This document shows, piece by piece, positions 1 through 13,060 of a stretch of 64,000 nucleotides of DNA. The notes below the pieces were generated by a model. The model was not told the origin of the DNA and made no database searches. It was given only the letters and a program-made list of their open reading frames with translations. The DNA lies in assembly GCF_006345805.1 (NCBI RefSeq), contig NC_043007.1:11966001-12030000 (forward strand). The letters are read 5' to 3'. The position numbers and the translations under genes are program-made. Numbering within the stretch: the stretch's first letter is position 1; the number at the start of each line of letters is the position of its first letter. Origin of the DNA: Octopus sinensis. Lineage: Eukaryota.

Positions 1-120
1 TTCATTTGGGGGAATCTGTATGCATGAGAATACATGCATAAAACAAAAATTACAAATCTGCACATTCACTTAGCCCAAATTCTTCACACATACACAGAAA
101 TACAGGCAACGATACCCTGG

Positions 121-456
121 TGATGTTGTTGAAATTCCAATGAAGAAGCCTTGGATCTAGGTTAGAAACCAGCTCTTTCTACATTGCCAAGAAATTTTGA
201 AATAAACTAAATACATGCATATAAACATACATACATACACACACATACATACATGCATACATACATACATACATACATACATACACACACATACATACAT
301 GCATGCATACATACATACATACACACATACATACATACAAAAATACTGTGTTGTTGATGTTGAAATTCGTATGTAGGAAACTTGAACCTAGGTTAGAAAC
401 CAGCTCTTTCTCTTTTGGCAAGAAATTTTGAAATAAAACTGAACAATGACATACAT
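121..456 (+). repeat. Two direct copies (~121-215 and ~349-456) of a ~95-bp repeat end, each followed by (TACA)n
   Basis: The motif CTAGGTTAGAAACCAGCTCTTTCT...CAAGAAATTTTGAAATAAA occurs twice and runs into a TACA tail. This fits a retroposon 3' end; family not identified. Confidence 0.55.
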
Positions 457-777
457 GTGTGTGTGTGTGTGTGTGTGTGCGTGCATGCGCATGTGTGGTG
501 TGTGTGTGTTTTCAATAACAGAGGTGGTGTCTATAGTTATTTTCCAGGGCAATTTTTCCTATAGATGCCCTTGTGTATTGTTTTAGCAATGACCTCACGC
601 TGTAATGCAAATAGTACCTTGTTGACGTTTTTGGGAAGCTGCTGATAGCATGTGTTGTGTCCTCCACAGAAGAGTTACATAATCCAATTGCAGTTACATC
701 TTGGGAGTTTAGGGTGTCACTGTCTTTGTTAGATATGTATATATACATACACATGTGTATGTGTGTTCATGTATGTA

Positions 778-823
<46 letters not shown>

Positions 824-900
824 CATATATATACATATATGTATGTATATTTGTATGTATGTATGTGTGGGTGTGTATATATATGTATATGCATAAATAT

Positions 901-966
<66 letters not shown>

Positions 967-989
967 GTATTATTATTATTATCATTATG

Positions 990-1065
<76 letters not shown>

Positions 1066-1075
1066 TAGTAGTAGT

Positions 1076-2278
1076 TGGCTGTGTCTCATGTTTCTGAGCT
1101 TGCAATCCAGTTCATTTTCCTGGGTGTTTGAACTGCAGGTGGCTCCGCAATCCAAGGGTTGCATGAAACCTACAGGGACATTGTGGACAAGGGATGTAAG
1201 GTGCTGCTTTCTCTCCCATCTCTTGAACTCAGTTCTTGTGACTTGGGCTTTCTTGAAGTCCACAGAATCTGTTTTGATGGTGTGTCTCCAGAGGGGTCTG
1301 TTTGTCGAGATATTTTCCCAGTGTGCAGGGTCGGTGTTGGTGCTTTTCAGGGTTGATTTGAGTAGGTCCTTGTACCACCTCAAGGGGGCTCCATGAGGAC
1401 ATTTTCCTTCAGACAGTTCACCATAGAGACAGATCTTGGGAAGGTGATGTCCATTCATCCAACGGATGTGACCTGACCATTGGAGACAACGTTCAATGAT
1501 CAAGGCTTCAATGCCCAGGAGACCTTATCTTTCAAGCACAAAGTTGTTGGTGATGTGATCTTCCCAGTTCAAGACAGAGTAAAGTTTGGATCAATGGAAG
1601 TGCTCTAATTTCTTCATGTCCTTACGGTAAACAGTCCAGGTTTCACACCTGTACAGCAGAGTTGATACGACAACAGCCCAATAGACCATGAGCTTCGTTT
1701 TGAATGTCAGATCCTTGTTGCAAAAGACGCTGGTTTTGAGACGACCAAAAGAGGCATGACCTGATTGGATGCGATGTTCGATATCTTTACTAGATCTTGC
1801 AGTGGGTGACAGAAAACTTCCAAGATAGTAGAAGTCCTCGATGACCTCAATTGATGGTGATGTTAGGGTTATCAAGGTTGGTACAAGGAGCTGGTTGAGC
1901 GAGCACTTTGGTTTTGACGATGTTCACTTTCAGGCTGAAGGTTTCATAAGCTCTGCTGAAGTTGTTTGTTGAGGTTTGGAGGTCTTCTGCACTTGAAGCT
2001 GGGGCTGTGTTGTCATCAGAACATTGAAGCTCAGTGATCTTGTGCTTTCGACAGTGATGTCTTGATCGGAAATGCAAGATGTTGAAAAGTCTGCCATCAA
2101 GTCTACATCTGAGTTCCACTCCATGGTTGTCTGTTGGAATTTCGGAGAGCATGGCAGCAATGTAGAGAGAAAACAGGGTTGGAGCAAGAACACATCCCTG
2201 CTTCAGGCCACAGGTGATCTTGAATTCTTCAGAGATGTCCGTCTGATAAAGGACTCTTCCCCTTATGCCTCCGAACAC
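1076..2278 (-). mobile_element. 5'-truncated, frameshifted RTE-clade LINE (reverse transcriptase C-terminal half and 3' end)
   Basis: Consecutive minus-strand ORFs 1847-2278 (GLKQGCVLAPTLFSLY, ELQCSDD as decayed YADD), 1591-1875 (FYYLGS, TLLYRCETW) and 1018-1503 (LQWSGHIRWM, LYGELSEG). It ends in an (ACT)n tail that merges with the 967-1075 microsatellite. Confidence 0.9.
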
Positions 2279-2281
2279 TCA

Positions 2282-2329
<48 letters not shown>

Positions 2330-2607
2330 TATATATATATATACTGTACATATACAAAGAAACGCATACATACATTTCACCTCCCCCCCCACACACACAC
2401 ATACAAGCACTCACATATATAACAACTTACTAAGAACTGGATTATTCTAAAATTTTATTATACCAACAAATTCATCTTAAAAATAATTTCCTCATATAAT
2501 TAAAAAATAAAAGCAACAATTGTTCTATCGTATATAATTTCCAGCTGTGTACTATAAATACATATGTGTATGTGTGTATAAATATATATATATATATATA
2601 TATACAC

Positions 2608-3016
2608 ACTCTTTTACTCATTTACTTGTTTCAGTCATTTGACTGCGGCCATGCTGGAGCACTGCCTTTAGTCGAGCAAATCGACTCCAGGACTTATTCT
2701 TTGTAAGCCTAGCACTTATTCTATCGGTCTCTTTTGCTGAACTGCTATATTACAGGGATGTAAACACACCAGCATTGGTTGTCAAGCGATTTTGGAGTGG
2801 GGTACAAACACAGGCATGCAATCACAGACACATATATATATATAGATATACATATATACAAAGGGCTACTTTCAGTTTCCGTCAACCAAATCCACTCACA
2901 AGGCTTTGGGTTAGCCCGAGGCTATAGTAGAAGACATTTGTCCAGAGTGCCACACAGTGGGACTGAACTGGAACCATGTGGTTGGTAAGCAAGCTACTTA
3001 CCACACAGCCACTCCT
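2608..3016 (-). mobile_element. tRNA-derived SINE, family A (full length)
   Basis: Head with A-box-like TGGCTGTGTGG and B-box-like GGTTCAGTCCC, internal TA/TG microsatellite, and tail GTGCTCCAGCATGGCCGCAGTCAAATGACTGAAACAAGTAAA. More than 12 copies occur in the window. Confidence 0.85.
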
Positions 3017-3221
3017 ACATCATCATCATATATATATATGTATACAGACAAACACCTACACATGCATGTGTACACAATCACACACACAAATGTGTGTATA
3101 TATATATATATAAAAATACAAAAGTGGACAAGAATGCAAAACATCCAGATAGACGATGCAAAAAAAACACAGACGGGTCATTCGAAGCCTTTAAAATTCA
3201 GTCAAGAACCAGATTATCCTC

Positions 3222-3252
<31 letters not shown>

Positions 3253-3315
3253 TACACATATATATTTACGCATACATGTATACACATATATATGTATGCG
3301 TGTGTGCATATATAC

Positions 3316-3367
<52 letters not shown>

Positions 3368-4354
3368 TATACACATATATATATTTATGCATACATGTAT
3401 ACACATATATATGTATGTGTGCATATATACATATATATATATTTAATTATTTATTTATTTATTTGTTTGTTTGTTTATACACATACATATGTATATATGT
3501 TTGTACACTAAGACTAAAATAGATGTTCAGGAATAGAAAAAATAATACCTCCTTGTCTGTCATACAGTTGACCATGGGCTGTGGTAGGAAGATATAAACT
3601 AGAGATGCAAGAGGAATACAGAAGCTATAATAAAGCTGTAGTTGTCTTCTTAGTGGGTTACACTCCAATACAGGAGAATTTAGTGTTGATAAAATAACCT
3701 TGCCATTTATGAAGCCCTGCACTGTATTGCTATATTACATTTCGACTAATGGAGGTGTTATTTTAGAAAATAGCAATGTTTCATGTATCGCAATTTTTGG
3801 TTATCAGAGGAATGCGAATGGTGAAGGAACTTCAGTTGGCGAAATCCAGTGTTGAGGCTTTGAATATATGTAGAGATATTTAAATGTATGTATAGATGGG
3901 AACATGTCTTCATACACTGACACATATGCATATGCACATACACACACACACACACACACGCACGCATGTACTCACACACACAAACATGTTCACATGTGCA
4001 TACACATATGCACAATCACACCGAATCTTAGGTATTAACAAAGTAATATATATATATATATATTATATATATATATATCTTTATATTTAGATATAGATAT
4101 AGATTTATATATATATATATATTATATATATATATATATTATATATATATGCTTGTGTGTGTGTAAATATATATATTTGTGTGTGTGTCTGTGTGAATGT
4201 GTGTGTAAATATATATAGATGGTGTGTGTGTGTGTGTATGTATGTATATAATTTTATATATGTAAATATATGTATGTATATAATTATATGTATATGCATA
4301 TATATATGTGTGTGCGTGTCTATGTGAATATGTGTATGTATGTTTGTGTATATC

Positions 4355-4389
<35 letters not shown>

Positions 4390-4924
4390 AGATACACACA
4401 CACACATATATATATTTATGTATGTTTTTTATGTATGTATGTATTGTTGCATTTGTATGCACATATACATATATATAAATATCTTTATGTGTGTATATAT
4501 GTATGTATATATATATATATAATATATATATATATATAATATATATATATAATATATATATATATACAATAAATACATATACTCTGTGTGTGTGTGAAAG
4601 AGTGATTCATCTTCTGTCAATGAAACCTGAAATCCCCTAAGAGAAGTGTGTACAACATTGCTATCAAAATAGTTGGGACAAATAAGGCATCAAAATTGGC
4701 CTGGATTGAGACAGAATGCATCTAGACTCCTGCCACTGTTAGAGGAAGAGAGAGAAAAAAACCTATTGTATTGCAACAAGAAGCAAACAAAAGTCTCGGC
4801 CAATCAGTGTGGAACAGTTAAATCAAAAATAGAAGAAACCGTGTGCAAATCTGCTCGCAGACAATTTATACTTATCCATGTAAATACACAGAACATCCAA
4901 AATTGTATACAAGCAGGAATGGCA

Positions 4925-5357
4925 GGAATGGCAGTGTTCTATAAGAAGCTTGCTTTCTGACCACATGGTTCCAGATTCAGTCCCACTGCGTGGCACCTTG
5001 GGTAATGCTTTGCACTAAAGCTTTAGGCAGGCTGACCAAAGCCTTGTGAGTGGATTTGGTAGATGGAAGTTGAAAGAAGCCTGTTGTGTGTGTGTGTGTG
5101 TGTTTGTGCCTGTTTGGCCCCCCACAAACCACTGCTTGAGAACTGGTGTTGGTGTGTTTACATCCCTGTAACTTAGTGATTTAGCAAAACAGAATGAAAG
5201 AATGAAAATTCTTCAAGGTGCAGGAGTGGATGTGTGGTAAGTAGCTTGCTTACGAACCACATGGTTCCCGGTTCAGTCCCACTTCTACTATAGCCTCGGG
5301 CCGACCAAAGCCTTGTGAGTGGATTTGGTAGACAGAAACTGAAAGAAGCCCGTCGTA

Positions 5358-5401
<44 letters not shown>

Positions 5402-5790
5402 ATGTGGCCTGCTCACTTAGCCAGCGGGGTGGCGTCATTTAAAGGTTAAAACAATGCGAAACACATTGTGACCAGCGATGTGTAGCAACATCTGATAGCT
5501 TGGTCGGTCACGGTGATCACGTTGATATATATATGTATATATATGTATATGTGTGTGTACGTGTGTGTGTACGTGTGTGTGTCTGTCTGTGTTTGTCACC
5601 CCAATATTGCTTGACAACCGATGCTGGTGTGTGTACATCCCTGTAACTTAGCGGTTCAGCAAAAGAGACCAATAGAATAAGTACTAGGTTTACAAAGAAT
5701 AAGTCCTGGGGTCGATTTGCTCGACTAAAGGTGGTGCTCCAGCATGGCCACAGTCAGATGACTGAAACAAGTAAAAGAGTAAAAGAGATT
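4925..5790 (+). mobile_element. Two adjacent SINE family A copies (degenerate 4925-5200; 5219-5790 with a ~120-bp foreign insert at 5404-5522)
   Basis: Same head, body and tail motifs as 2608-3016. Confidence 0.8.
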
Positions 5791-6219
5791 AAAGAGTGGT
5801 GCCACAAAATAGCCACAGTCTAATGACTGAAACAAGTAAAATATAAAATATAAAACCCTTTGCAGTTAGTAACTCCCTTAATTTCCATTTCTTTTTAGAT
5901 TTAACCCTTTAGAAATAATAAAGGGATACAGACTAAGCAGGTTATACGTTCTTTTGGAAAGAAAAAGCAGAGAGAAAACAGAGAGAATGGTGTATGATTT
6001 TCTTTGTGCACGTGCTAGTAGGGTGCCAAGAGCACCATCCGAGCATGATCGTTGCCAGCACAGCCAACTGGCTTCCGTGTCAGTGGCACATAAAAGGGCA
6101 CCATTCGAGCGTGATCGTTACCAACGTCGCTTTACTGGCACCTGTGCCGGTGGCATGTGTAAAAAGATTCGGGCGAGGTCATTGCCAGTACCGCCTGACT
6201 GGCCCCCGTGCCAGCAGCG

Positions 6220-6490
6220 CACTCACGGTTGAGGGATCGCGGGTTCGAATCTCAGACAGGGCAATGTGTGTGTTTATGGGCAAAACACCTAAGCTTCACG
6301 CGCCTCAAGCAGAAGGTAATGGTGAACTTCTGCTGACTCTTTCGCCACAACTTTCTCTCACTCTTTCTTCCTGCATCACGCAGCTCACCTACGATGGACC
6401 GGGGTCCCATCCAGGTGGGGAACCTATACACCAAGGAAACCAGGAAACCGGCCCTTATGAGCCAGGCATGGCTCGAAAAGGAACAAAATA
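6220..6490 (+). mobile_element. tRNA-derived SINE, family C (5'-clipped)
   Basis: B-box GGTTCGAATCT and body AAAACACCTAAGCTTCACG...CTCTTTCGCCACAACTTTCTCTCACTC. A homologous copy lies on the minus strand at 27510-27808. Confidence 0.75.
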
Positions 6491-6504
6491 AAAAAAAACT
6501 TTGC

Positions 6505-6850
6505 TTTCCACAATGGCAATTGATCTTCCAGAAGTGCAATGTGGTTTTAAAGCACAAAAGCAAAACTAATGACATGATATTTTCTGCATGACAAATTCTG
6601 GAAAAGTGTAGCGAGTAGAATCTTAGCTTTTATCATTGCTTTATTGATCTCACCAAAGGATTTGACTCAGTCAGCACATCAATACTGGGGAATGTGTTAC
6701 AGAAGTTTGGTTATCTGAACAGGTTTACAGAGCTGATACAATCTTTGCATGACAACATGAAAGCTAGAGTGTACTTTAATGGTAATTTACCTGAGTGGTT
6801 TCTTATTGAAGGTGAGTAAAGCAAGGTGACATTTTTACTCCAACTAGGTC
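6505..6850 (+). mobile_element. Decayed RTE-clade RT fragment (N-terminal RT subdomains)
   Basis: Translates with stops as TNDMIFSA*QILEKC...FIDLTKGFDSV...LIQSLHDNMKARV, a typical RTE RT segment. Confidence 0.75.
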
Positions 6851-7278
6851 CAACAAGGTGGTAGAGAATCGCCTTGAAGGGTTGAGACAAACACATTTTT
6901 AAATCTAGTGCTTATTTTATCAGTCTCTTTCACCAAACCACTAAGTTATGGAGAAGTAAACAAACTAACACTTGTTGTCAAGTGATGGTTGGAAACAAAC
7001 ATAAATACGACACACACATTTACATATACAAACATACATACATACATATAATTATATCAGGCATGGCTGTGTGGTTAGGGAGCTTGCTTTCTAGCAACAT
7101 GGTTTCGGGTTCAGTCCTACTGCATGGTACCTTGGGCAGGTGTCATCCACTATAGCCCCGAGTCGACCGAAGCTTTGTGGTTGAATTCAGTAGGCGGAAG
7201 TTACTGCCGCGTGTGTATATGTGCATGTAGGTGCTCAATGCCTTTCCAAAAGAGAGAGAGAGAGAGAGAAAGGGATAT

Positions 7279-7610
7279 ATACAGGGTGCATAAGGTTGTT
7301 GAGGACATACATTTTTGGGGTCATTGCTGCATTTTTTGCTAACTCTGTATAATCTTTATTTCAGAAAATAATACTGGCAGACCCCCAGCTTACTCAAGAA
7401 GCAAAGAGGCATGCTGTTATGGTGGTTATACAGGTGAGCATAGCGATTTAGAAATATCTCGACTTTTAAAAGTTGCCAGTTGTTTCATCTACAAAGTTTG
7501 TAAGGAGCTAGAGACTGAAGATGGAAATGTATCAGCAGTATCAAAATATGAAAAGCATTCTGAATGCTCTGGAATCATCAAAACACCTGAATTTATCAAG
7601 CAAGTCAATT
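7279..7610 (+). mobile_element. Tc1/mariner-superfamily 5' relic (TIR start and N-terminal HTH of transposase)
   Basis: TA|CAGGGTG terminus, then frameshifted LTQEAKRHAVMV...HSDLEISRLLKVASCFIYKVCKELE...IKTPEFIKQV. Confidence 0.6.
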
Positions 7611-7782
7611 GCAAAAGATCTCCATGTGTCAGAAGGAAACTATTAATGTCTGCAATCTCCCAGTTTTACTACCAACAACTTCCAAGTCAGCATCAAACTT
7701 AAAAACATTTAGAAGCAATTCAGAGAGTACAAACCTCTGGCAAGGCAACACCAATGCCCTCTCAGGGATTAGCCGGAGAATA

Positions 7783-8448
7783 TCTATATATATAAAACTC
7801 AACTTGTGTGTCTGTGTGTTTAACTTCCCGGCACATCTCCTCCTAGCCAACAAATCGTAGAACCACCAAAAATGGGTCACTTAAAGTTTAGGCAAATGAA
7901 AATTGAACTGCGCTATTTCTGTTCCGAAATTCATCTCGCAAGTGCAAAAATCGATAATGTGTTTGTTTAGGCCTTATCCCATGCATTGAATACTGAACTT
8001 TACTCAGTCAGCTGTTTTACATGAACTGTATTCACCACGTGTGCAAGCATGCGTAAATTGCATGAAAAATAAAAAATCAAGATATAAAAGCGAATCGCCA
8101 TAAACATTGTAGAAATTCGGCAAAGAAATGAATTTTCGGGATGTAGCCTGGAGGGTTTTTTCGTATTAATCGTTTGGACTTTGTGAACACATACCAATTG
8201 TTTTCATAACATTTTTAACGCTTTGAATTAAATGTGACCATTTTGCGTCGAGTCTGCAGTTTGAATCACTTTAACCAAATTTTAGCAGGCCGGATTTTTG
8301 ATCATCATGATACATCGCCAGCGACTCCCTGAAACTCTCCCCTGAAATCCCCGTTGAGAAATCTATTATATATATAATAATACTTTGAATGTGACTCCTG
8401 AGAAAGAGTAAAAGTAATTATCCGATGAATGACGGGTATTACTGCTAG
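7783..8448 (+). mobile_element. Non-autonomous Helitron-like element
   Basis: 5' end A|TCTATATATATAAAACT, subterminal imperfect hairpin (TATCCG...CGGGTA) and 3' end ACTGCTAG|T. It is inserted between A and T with no TSD. A second 5'-like start lies near 8362. Confidence 0.65.
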
Positions 8449-8529
8449 TTTGAAATAAAGTCTACCGCTCTCACAAATGAGAATACTAAAAATGAACACA
8501 ACCACTCTCAAAAATTAAGTAAAAAAACA

Positions 8530-8710
8530 GGAAAAATAATACCAGATCGATCCCAAAATCTAATCAGTTTGTGCCAGTTGCAAGGCCGAGCATCCCTGAA
8601 TGTTTCAACCGGATCCATCCTGTGGTTCTTGAAATATCTTGTCCACGGACAAACAAGCAAACAAACACTACTGAAAACAATACCTCTGCCTTCGCTAAGG
8701 TGGAGGTAAT
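8530..8710 (+). mobile_element. Helentron/DINE-like non-autonomous element 3' part
   Basis: An ACAA microsatellite is followed by terminal hairpin TACCTCTGCCTT-CGCT-AAGGTGGAGGTA. A second copy is at 15720-15912. Confidence 0.5.
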
Positions 8711-9084
8711 AATGAATATTTCAAAATGTTTGTGTTAATTGTAATTCTAGCATTGCCAATACTTCTGGCAATTTAGGTGATAAAAGTTTTTTTAATTAAA
8801 AAACTCACCAATTTCAAAATGAATATTATTTATCGCTTCATCTAATTTTTCATTACTGAATCCTGGTTATTTCCATCTAATTCTTTATCTCTTACATCTG
8901 AATCTTTTTTTTTTTTTTTTTTGCTTTTTAGCCAATTATAAGCGTTTTGTGTTGACAGATTGGTAAAGAGTTCTGGTAGTGTGTTTTCATATTTGTAAAC
9001 AAAATAATGTAACACCCTTCTTTATTATTTGCTACCACACCTGGGCTACATCTATCAGTCCATGTTTTAAACTCCTGTGACAAC

Positions 9085-9111
9085 TCATTATTTTTGTCAT
9101 CATCGTCGTCG

Positions 9112-9144
<33 letters not shown>

Positions 9145-9550
9145 ATACCATTGTCACCATCATCATCATCATCATCAATACCATTGTCACCATCATCATC
9201 GTTGTCGTCGTCGTCGTCATCATCATCATCATTACCATCGTCACTATCATCATCATCGTCGTCATCATCATCATCATTATCATCATCATCATCATCATCA
9301 TCATTACCATTGTCACCATCATAATCATCATCGTCATCATCATTACCATCGTCACCATCATCATCATCATCATCATCATCATTACCATCATCACCATTAT
9401 CATTATCATCGTCACCATCATCATCATCATCATCATCATTACCATCATCACCATTATCATTACCATCATCACCATCATCATCATCATCATCATCATTACC
9501 ATCATCACCATTATCATTACCATCATCATCATCATCGTCGTCATCATCAT
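9085..9550. repeat. Compound (CAT)n microsatellite, expanded tail of an RTE 3' end (remnant 9550-9680, minus strand)
   Basis: Pure triplet tract with repeated variant blocks. The adjacent GCTGGATGCCCTTCCTAA motif belongs to the RTE 3' repeat. Confidence 0.85.
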
Positions 9551-9829
9551 TTAAAATCTGCCGTTGTGGTGTGGAACCTACGGCTGGATGCCCTTCCTAA
9601 CACCAACCAATTAGCAGAGTGTGCTGGGTGCTTTTTTAGGTGCCACCGGCATGGGTGAATTTAGGCAGCACCAGATGCACCTAGATGCAAATATTCATAT
9701 ACTTTCATATTTAGCATATTCAGGGCCTTTGGGATGTGATAAGACCTTCTGCTGCAGAAACAGTCCCAAGAGAAGATTCTCCTCTTAGACCTGTGTCAAG
9801 ACATTTTATAGGATACCTAAATTTTTACC

Positions 9830-10671
9830 TTAACTCTTTAGTATTTAAACCAGCCATATACAGCTAAAATGTTCTGTTTTATGTTCAGACCAGCAAGATC
9901 CAGCTTCTCATACCTACCCTGCCATGTCATTTATTTTAAATAGGATTCTTAATTGTTAAATGTCAATCTCTCATCTTCAGGAATTTGCTTCTTTATCTCT
10001 GTGCTATAAATACTTCCATGATCACCGTTCTGCTGAACTTTCTTCTCTCGTGCCTCTTCTAAAGGTTTCTAGTAGAGTAACAAGGCCCTCTGCTAATTCT
10101 CAACCTCTTACTATTGTTGTGCCCCTGTTGTAAGAAACATTTCTACTCAAGTAATTTCTTTCCTCAAACATCTTTCTTAAAGAACTCCCCACTTCCTTAA
10201 TCTTTCCCAAACAAGTCTTAAATTTTGCATCGATTTTATTAGGATTCTTAAGGTAGCTTCACATTAGATCTCCTTCTTTCCTCTTCATACTAAGTGTTTG
10301 CTTCAGGTTTGTTACATTGCTGATTGCTCTCCACTTTGTTGGGATTGACTTCCAAATAAATATTACAAAAACAGCGCAGAACCCAAGTGCTTAATGAACA
10401 CAGATGGAACATTATCTAGTCTAGAGGCATATTTTATCTTAAGCTTTTAATAACCTGAAATATAACGGAACCATTAATGAATATATCATTCACTCATGCA
10501 GTATTTTGTGAACAAAAGTTTCAATTTTCAATGATATGTTTCTTATCATAGAATGAGAAAAAATAACATCATTGAAATTTCTTTGCTATGAAAAAACACA
10601 TCTCTAATTCAAAGCAGGGTGAATAAACAAGCTTTACTTTTGACAGTGTAATCTGAATGCTAAAGAGTTAA
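9830..10671. mobile_element. piggyBac-type MITE carrying an internal ~620-bp insertion
   Basis: TTAA|CTCTTTAG at 9830 and CTAAAGAG|TTAA at 10660-10671, i.e. TIRs plus TTAA target duplication. Confidence 0.65.
9960..10230 (+). mobile_element. CR1/Jockey-group LINE ORF2 C-terminal relic
   Basis: FHDHRSAELSSLVPLLK...TR...FYSSNFFPQTSFLKNS, resembling the FFPRT..LWNSLP terminus of CR1-group RTs. Confidence 0.55.
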
Positions 10672-10959
10672 CAGAAATTTTAAAATTTTTATCAGAGCTT
10701 TTAGCCACTTTTTATTAGAGACTGTAACCTTCCAGAAATTTATGGTCCAGTGATTTTGCAATTGACTTCTTCATCGCAATATTTTTTAGCAAAATTTGCA
10801 TCAATTTGTATCCAAAAGCATCCACAAATATCAAAATTTATTGGAACTTGTTTGTATTTACCAACACCATTTTTGAATAAGCACCATAAACATTAAACTT
10901 TTGCTGGGTACTTCTGGCCATATTAGTATAGATCTCTCAACTGCAACCCATATGATAAT

Positions 10960-11385
10960 AATCCTTTCTACTATAGACACAAGGGTGGAAATGTGGGGGA
11001 GGGGATAGTCAATTACAAAAGGATGAAAGGCAAAGTCAGCTTCGATGAAAATTGAACACAGAGTGTATAAACAGGTGAAATACCTATTTCTTTACTACCC
11101 ACAAGGGGCTAAACACAGAGGGGACAAACAAGGACAGACAAACAGATTAAGTCAATTACATCGACCCCAGTGCATAATTGGTACTTATTTAATCGACCCC
11201 GAAAGGATGAAAGACAAAGTCGACCTCGGTGGAATTTGAACTCAGAACGTAACGGCAAATGAAATACGGCTACGCATTTTGCCCAGCGTGCTAACGATTC
11301 CGCCAGCTCGCTGCCTTTAAACAGGTGAAATACCACTAAACATCTCACCTGGCGTGTTAGTGATTCTGCCTACTCACTGCCTTAA
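10960..11385 (-). mobile_element. SINE family B copies and fragments
   Basis: Head GGCAGCGAGCTGGCGGAATCGTTAGC, B-box GAGTTCAAATTCC, conserved core CTTTCATCCTTTCGGGGTCGATTAAATAAGTACC. Confidence 0.75.
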
Positions 11386-12009
11386 TCCACATGATAATTA
11401 TACTAACCTCTTATAGATGTTTGTAAAGCTGATTTTAATGTTATAGGTCATTACTCACATGGTATAGATCAGAAATTTCTATTTCCTGACTCATATTAAT
11501 TAATAAGTAGTTTGATTCATATTATAATTTACTCACATCACGTATATATAATGTTGTCCCAAATTACAAACTTAAGAATTCGTAAAATCATAAATCAGTA
11601 TTTTATGCAATCTCTGGCAAATGAAACTACAAACACTGTAGCAAGAAACCTAGTTCTTTGATAAGAAACATATCATTGAAAATTGAAACATTTGTTCACA
11701 AAATACAGCATGTGTGAATGATAGATTCTTTAAAGGTTCCGTTGCATTTCAGGTTATTAAAAGCTCAAGATAAAATGTGCCTCCAGACCAGATACTGTTC
11801 CATCTGTGTTCATTAAGTACTTGGGTTCTGCGTTGCTTTTGTAATTTTTATTTGGAAGTCACTCCCAACAAAATGGAGAGCAATCAGCAATGTAACAAAC
11901 CTGAAGCAAATGCTTAATATGAAAAGAAATCTAATGTGAAACTACCCTAAAAATCCTAATAAAATCGATGCAAAATTTAAAAGACTTGTTTGGGAAAGAT
12001 TAAGGAAGC

Positions 12010-12388
12010 ACAGGAGTGGCTGTGTGCTAAGTAGCTTGCTTACCAACCACATGGTTCTGGGTTCAGTCCCACTGCGTGACACCTTGTAGCTTCAAGCCTT
12101 GTGAGTGGATTTGGTAGACGGAAACTGAAAAAAGCCCGTCATATATATGTATATATGTGTGTGTGTGTGTGTGTGTGTTTATGTGTCTGTGTTTGTCCCT
12201 CTATCATCACTTGACAACCAATGCTGGTGTGTTTATGTCCCCGTAACTTAGCGGTTAGGCAAAAGAGATCGATAGAATAAGTACTAGACTTACAATGAAT
12301 AAGTGCTGGGGTCGATTTGCTCGACTAAAGGCAGTGCTCCAGCATGACCACAGTCAAATGACTGAAACCAGTAAAAGAGTAAAGAGTA
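12010..12388 (+). mobile_element. SINE family A
   Basis: Full head-to-tail match to other family A copies. Confidence 0.85.
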
Positions 12389-12664
12389 GAAACCATGAAA
12401 TTATTTTTTATGGAAACATTATGCTGTATGTGATACACATTAATTTCTTGAATACTTACCAGCATGGAGTTAGTAAGAAATGTTCTACATTTAAAAACAT
12501 GACTGATCACTACTGTAATGTGGTTCTGGAAGTTGATAATCTTTTGACTTCATAACAGATCAACGTATTATGCTTAGATTCAGCAGTTAGAACAGAGTCG
12601 GTTAATACAGATTATGTATAAAAGTGATATACGTGAGATGTAAATGAACTGGTAAGCAACGATT

Positions 12665-13060
12665 TCATCATCATCATTGTCGTTTAACGTCCGCTTCCCA
12701 TGCTAGCATGGGTTGGACGATTTGACTGAGGTCTGGCGAACCAGATGGCTGCACCAGGCTCCAATCTGATCTGGCAGAGTTTCTACAGCTGGATGCCCTT
12801 CCTAACGCCAACCACTCCGAGAGTGTAGTGGGTGCTTTTACATGCCACCAGTACGAGGGCCAGTCTGGCAGTTCTGGCAATGGCCATGCTCAAGTGATGT
12901 TTTTTATGTGCCACCTGCACAGGAGCAAGTCAAGCGGCACTGGTAACGACCTCACTCGAATGTTTTCTTTCACCTGCCACCAGCATAAGTGCTAGTAAGG
13001 CGATGCAGGTAATGATCACGCTCGAACGGTGTTTTTAACGTGCCATCGGCACGGAGGGTA
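12665..13060 (-). mobile_element. RTE LINE 3' UTR repeat with (GAT)n tail and ~65-bp subrepeats
   Basis: CATCATCAT.GTTTAACGTCCGC...CAGCTGGATGCCCTTCCTAACGCCAACCACTCC. The same sequence directly follows an RTE ORF end at 61150-61575. Confidence 0.8.

Noticed and set aside
179-5638. Numerous YI/CV/HT-repeat ORFs, here and throughout the window
   Set aside because: Dinucleotide and tetranucleotide repeat translations, or SINE-internal frames that recur in every SINE copy.
9032-9658. His-rich 193-aa and Met-rich 172-aa ORFs
   Set aside because: They are translations of a (CAT)n microsatellite attached to an RTE tail, with no splice or coding signal.
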